Part shown: positions 7,149 through 10,169 of the stretch, in pieces
Layout: every line of letters begins with the position of its first letter
Position numbering within the stretch: position 1 is the first letter of the stretch
Notes under the pieces: model-generated
What the model was told of the DNA's origin: nothing
Database searches by the model: none
What the model saw: the letters and a program-made list of their open reading frames with translations, nothing else
Made by a program: the position numbers and the translations under genes
NCBI GenBank assembly: GCA_044236265.1
Contig: JBIIGV010000100.1
Span: 1 to 10,169, forward strand
Reading direction: 5' to 3'
DNA: 10,169 bases
DNA from: Oligoflexales bacterium
GTDB lineage: Bacteria; Bdellovibrionota_B; Oligoflexia; Oligoflexales; RGVZ01

Positions 7149-7994
7149 ATGAGCTTTTGGGGTGCCTATCAAATCGCCATGTCCGTTGTCTTCTCGTTGA
7201 TGACCGCACTTTGGATCATCAGTCTTATCGCCAAAGATGCGAGCCTTGTTGATCGGTTTTGGGGTGCCGGATTCGTATTCATTGCCTGGGCTTTGGCTTT
7301 GGTGACGCCCGAAATGAACACCCAAATGACCTTACTGACCGTTATCGTAAGTATTTGGGGCCTAAGACTCAGTCTTTATATTCATTTTAGAAATCGCGGT
7401 CACGGCGAGGACTACCGGTACGTTGAGATGCGCAATCATCACGGAGGAAACTTCTGGTGGTACTCGTTTCTCAGCGTATTCATGCTCCAGGGCGCACTGA
7501 TGTTAATTGTGGCAGCGCCAGTGATATATGTACTGGCAGCACCTCGAGCCGGCGGTTTCGAGGGACTGGCCTACGCGGGGATTTGGGTTTGGCTAGTTGG
7601 CTTTATTTTGGAGGCCGGCGGTGACCTCCAACTGTCGAGGTTTAAGTCGGATGCCACCAACAAAGGGAAACTATTGACGTCGGGTTTGTGGTCTGTGACC
7701 AGGCATCCCAATTACTTCGGCGATACGCTCCAATGGTGGGGATTTGGTCTTTTTGCACTCACTGAGAGCAGCCTGACCGGATGGCTGACACTCATAGGCC
7801 CACTTGTCATGACTCTTTTCATTATCAATGTCAGCGGTGTTGCACTCCTAGAGAAAAGCTTAAAAGTGAATAAACCCGGATATGCAGAGTACGTTGCGGC
7901 AACACCTGCATTTTTCCCTAAGTGGAAATTTTGGCTTGGACTGATTTCCGTGGCTGCCATCATTTTTGTATTCACGAATGCGACAACAACATGA
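7149..7994 (+). CDS. DUF1295 family integral membrane protein (steroid 5-alpha-reductase/ICMT-like fold)
   Basis: 281 aa, multiple hydrophobic segments. Shows DASLVDRFWG, WGLRLSLYI, GEDYRY, VFMLQG, EAGGDLQLSRFK, GLWSVTRHPNYFGD, SGVALLE and TPAFFP. Confidence 0.93.
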   Translation: MSFWGAYQIAMSVVFSLMTALWIISLIAKDASLVDRFWGAGFVFIAWALALVTPEMNTQMTLLTVIVSIWGLRLSLYIHFRNRGHGEDYRYVEMRNHHGGNFWWYSFLSVFMLQGALMLIVAAPVIYVLAAPRAGGFEGLAYAGIWVWLVGFILEAGGDLQLSRFKSDATNKGKLLTSGLWSVTRHPNYFGDTLQWWGFGLFALTESSLTGWLTLIGPLVMTLFIINVSGVALLEKSLKVNKPGYAEYVAATPAFFPKWKFWLGLISVAAIIFVFTNATTT

Positions 7995-9331
7995 CTGCAC
8001 CAACAACATCCATGGCGCCTCCCCATTTGTCCCATGGCCGCCAGGCCACCTATGGGCTGGCCGAACTCGGTGTGAGCTCAATTGAAAGCTTCCTTAGACT
8101 TTATTTGATGATTTTTCTCACCGACCGCGTCGGCCTCCCCGCAGATTTAGCAGGATATGCCGTCGCTATAGGCGTCTTGTGGGATGCATTTGCAGATCCA
8201 ATTCTCGGGCGAATCTCTGATCGAACAAGGTCTTTCATGGGTCGACGTCTACCTTGGATGATCGCGGGAGCGCCGATTCTTGCTGTTTCATTTGTTCAAA
8301 TCTACCTTGTTGAATCCGTCAAGACATCATCTGTCCAATCGGTGTTTTGGCAAATCACCTTGCTGAATGTTCTTTTAAACTCCGCGATGACGATGGTGTC
8401 GATTCCTCACTTAGCACTCGGACAAGATCTCGCAAAAACAAAAGAAGAACGCACGAGCCTATACGCTTGGCGCACCTTGATGACACTACTCGGACTATTG
8501 GTTGGAATTTTGACGCCGGTTATTTTTGTCAGCCTTGGCTACAATTCCACAGAAAATCAGCCAGAAATCGTCAAAGCAGTCGCAGCCATCAGCATCCTCA
8601 GCGCCGCGGCAACGATTGCCAGCGTTTGGACATCTCAACTCGCGTCTGCGACGAGAGACGATCTTCCGACAACAACCTCGACGAGAGCTAGAATTGCCAA
8701 CCCCATCAAAATACTTATGGCTGCTTTCTTCGTCGCGACACTGGGTCAGGGACTAAATTCCACCTGGGCTCTTTATTATTACCGTTATCGTCTTGAACTG
8801 TCAGAAGAGGCTCTAGGAAAAGTCCTACTGGTTTTTATCGTTAGCCTTTGCGCCACGTTGCCTCTATGGGTCAAGTTTGCCAAATCCATCTCAAAGACAA
8901 AGCTGGTGGCTATTGGCACACTTGCACTCGGAGTAATGACCGCATTGGTCTATCCTGCCCTACCTCCAAAAGATCTGCTAGGCCCCATGATCATGGCCAT
9001 CGTAGGAGGAATCTTGCTCGGATCTACGGGTTTACTCGAGTCTCTGCTTGTCGACGTGGCTGAGGTTTCTAAAATCTCTGACCAAGCAATGGGGCAAGTG
9101 TTTGGCTTCTGGAAGTTTGTCGCAAAGTCGGCGCGGGCTGTAGCCATCGCAGCTGGTGGCTATCTTCTGGAGGCTATTGGATACACCTCAGGCGCATCCG
9201 CTGTTGCGCCTGACGTCACACAAAAAATTTCACTGCTCTTTGGACCTGTGGTCGGTGTGTTTTTTGCTCTATCCGCAGTGATGATTTTGTACGTTCGCGA
9301 ACAGGCCGCGCCTCCGTCACAAGACGCGTAG
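7991..9331 (+). CDS. MFS transporter, glycoside-pentoside-hexuronide (MelB/MFS_2) family
   Basis: About 12 hydrophobic segments. Shows WDAFADPILGRISDRTRSFMGRRLPW, IPHLALG, ERTSLYAWR and FGFWKFVAKSA. Likely start is ATG 7991 (ATGA overlap with the DUF1295 stop, 446 aa), not 7922. Confidence 0.9.
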   Translation: MTAPTTSMAPPHLSHGRQATYGLAELGVSSIESFLRLYLMIFLTDRVGLPADLAGYAVAIGVLWDAFADPILGRISDRTRSFMGRRLPWMIAGAPILAVSFVQIYLVESVKTSSVQSVFWQITLLNVLLNSAMTMVSIPHLALGQDLAKTKEERTSLYAWRTLMTLLGLLVGILTPVIFVSLGYNSTENQPEIVKAVAAISILSAAATIASVWTSQLASATRDDLPTTTSTRARIANPIKILMAAFFVATLGQGLNSTWALYYYRYRLELSEEALGKVLLVFIVSLCATLPLWVKFAKSISKTKLVAIGTLALGVMTALVYPALPPKDLLGPMIMAIVGGILLGSTGLLESLLVDVAEVSKISDQAMGQVFGFWKFVAKSARAVAIAAGGYLLEAIGYTSGASAVAPDVTQKISLLFGPVVGVFFALSAVMILYVREQAAPPSQDA

Positions 9332-9383
9332 TTCAAAATCATGTTCAACCATCAGTGGCCACTATATGTCACGACATTTTTCC

Positions 9384-9414
9384 AGGCTGGATGCTCCTGC
9401 AACCAGCTTTTTTT
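9384..9414 (+). terminator. Probable intrinsic terminator after the MFS gene
   Basis: GCTGG-A-TGC-[TCCT]-GCA-A-CCAGC (9386-9407) followed by 7 T (9408-9414), about 55 nt after the MFS stop. Confidence 0.6.
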
Positions 9415-9453
9415 CATGCAAAAACCAAAACATATGCACCGAAAAAGCGCCCA

Positions 9454-9495
9454 ACGCCTGACAATTTCTGTTGGCACTAAAAGCTTGTCAGGTGT
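9454..9495. repeat. Inverted repeat ACGCCTGACAA-N20-TTGTCAGGTGT
   Basis: 8-bp perfect core CCTGACAA/TTGTCAGG, extending to 11 bp with one G-T pair; 20-nt spacer. Confidence 0.6.
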
Positions 9496-9595
9496 GAATA
9501 CTGACCTGAGCCAGCTTAGAATCCCCCGTTGCCATGTGTACTTTCAGATTGTGCACAGTGGCGTCTGAGATTTTGAGCTGAGCCAGCAGCGTTCA
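9495..9595 (+). ncRNA. Candidate structured RNA (long imperfect rod hairpin) upstream of the photolyase gene; family unknown
   Basis: Nested stems paired by hand: 9495-9503/9587-9595, 9506-9508/9584-9586, 9512-9523/9569-9580 and 9531-9541/9551-9562. About 34 pairs, with 4 G-U wobbles on the + strand. Confidence 0.4.
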
Positions 9596-9623
9596 TTGGT
9601 GATAAAAGAAAGATGATACGTGT

Positions 9624-9628
9624 AGGAG
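9624..9628 (+). promoter_or_regulatory. Shine-Dalgarno sequence for the photolyase gene
   Basis: AGGAG, 8 nt upstream of the in-frame TTG at 9637. Confidence 0.6.
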
Positions 9629-9636
9629 ACCTTGCC

Positions 9637-10169
9637 TTGAGCCTCATACTGACAAATTCATCAGAACCCCAACTCCAGGTGGTTTGGTTCAAGCGTGACT
9701 TGCGCATCAGAGATCATGCGGCACTGACCAATGCAGCCCAGCGGGGGCCGGTCGTTGGTGTTTATATATTCGAGCCCGAGTTGGTCTCATCGCCGGAATT
9801 TGATCGCTCACACTTTGACTTCATCCGCGAGTCGCTCATCGAACTTCAATCAAGCCTTCGTCGGCTTGGATCCGATCTTTTGGTTTTTCATGGCGACGCA
9901 ATTTTCGGGTTAGAAAAGCTCTGGAGCATCTGGAAATTCAGCTCCATTTGGAGCCATGAGGAAACAGGAAATGATCTGACCTTCAAAAGGGATCTGATGG
10001 TTGCAGAGTGGTGCAAGGGAAAGTCTATTTCTTGGCATGAAGTCAGACAATTTGGTGTGATCAGGCGACTTAAGTCGCGCGATGGCTGGGCAGAACGGTG
10101 GGAGCAGCACATGTCAGCTGAGGTAATCCCAGCTCCTGCGTTGAAATTCCCACTCACTGTCCAGCAGAA
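9637..10169 (+). CDS. DNA photolyase/cryptochrome family protein, N-terminal domain (3' truncated by window end)
   Basis: Absent from the ORF track; translated manually. Reads (M)SLILTNSSEPQLQVVWFKRDLRIRDHAALTNAAQRGPVVGVYIFEPE…FIRESLIELQSSLRRLGSDL…IWSHEETGNDLTFKRDLMVAEWC…FGVIRRLKSRDGWAERWEQHM, open to the end. WFKRDLRxxDH is the photolyase N-terminal signature. Start is TTG 9637 (SD AGGAG) or ATG 9613. Confidence 0.92.
   Translation, partial: MSLILTNSSEPQLQVVWFKRDLRIRDHAALTNAAQRGPVVGVYIFEPELVSSPEFDRSHFDFIRESLIELQSSLRRLGSDLLVFHGDAIFGLEKLWSIWKFSSIWSHEETGNDLTFKRDLMVAEWCKGKSISWHEVRQFGVIRRLKSRDGWAERWEQHMSAEVIPAPALKFPLTVQQ

Noticed and set aside
7922..7990. ORF-track start of the MFS at 7922
   Set aside because: It lies inside DUF1295; ATG 7991 gives an ATGA coupling.
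241..9348. Numerous 60-158 aa alternative-frame and antisense ORFs (e.g. 3898-4374, 6206-6559, 8347-8691)
   Set aside because: They overlap well-supported genes and have no recognisable motifs; they are shadow ORFs.
9354..9377. Short palindromes AGTGGCCACT and ATGTC-AC-GACAT after the MFS stop
   Set aside because: Too short to distinguish from chance.
9471..9488. Sigma54-like TTGGCAC…TTG
   Set aside because: The required GG-N10-GC spacing is not met: GC lies 8 nt after GG, and TT occupies the -12 position.
9341..9568. 75-aa ORF in the MFS-photolyase gap
   Set aside because: No SD or motif, and it runs through the terminator and hairpins; probably spurious.
9449..9597. Integron attC-like site (GCCCAAC fits RYYYAAC)
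   Set aside because: No complementary GTTRRRY closes the palindrome, and there is no cassette array or integrase.
9495..9630. Assignment of the rod to SRP RNA, 6S RNA or a TPP riboswitch
   Set aside because: No GGAA-tetraloop SRP motif, no large central 6S bubble, and only an isolated CTGAGA without the rest of the TPP consensus.
9516..10157. ORFs 9516-9707 (-), 9731-9913 (+), 9888-10157 (-) and 9910-10110 (-)
   Set aside because: They are shadows of the photolyase reading frame.
1..10169. CRISPR arrays, tRNA/rRNA genes, transposases or defence genes
   Set aside because: No regularly spaced repeats, cloverleafs or mobile-element ORFs were seen; nearly all sequence is accounted for by the genes above.

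Overview
Bacterial chromosomal window, densely coding. Left part: endonuclease III (nth, +), a YceF-type Maf nucleotide pyrophosphatase (-), and a divergently encoded KamA-family radical SAM/PLP aminomutase (+) whose substrate-pocket Asp appears replaced by His. Centre and right: a lipid-modification locus split over a divergent promoter region (6989-7148). The minus arm is a translationally coupled four-gene operon: FAD oxidoreductase, DUF1365, Cfa-like methyltransferase and a second, coclaurine-N-methyltransferase-like SAM methyltransferase. The plus arm is a DUF1295 membrane protein coupled to a GPH/MelB-type MFS transporter, followed by a likely intrinsic terminator. This gene set matches the singlet-oxygen/furan fatty acid (UfaD-UfaO-UfaM) module of the Rhodobacter sigmaE-ChrR regulon. 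A photolyase/cryptochrome gene missed by the ORF track starts at about 9637 and runs off the window. Directly upstream of it is an unannotated ~100-nt rod-like inverted repeat (9495-9595) whose G-U wobbles point to a structured plus-strand RNA. All family calls are from motif recognition and remembered alignments; no searches were run.
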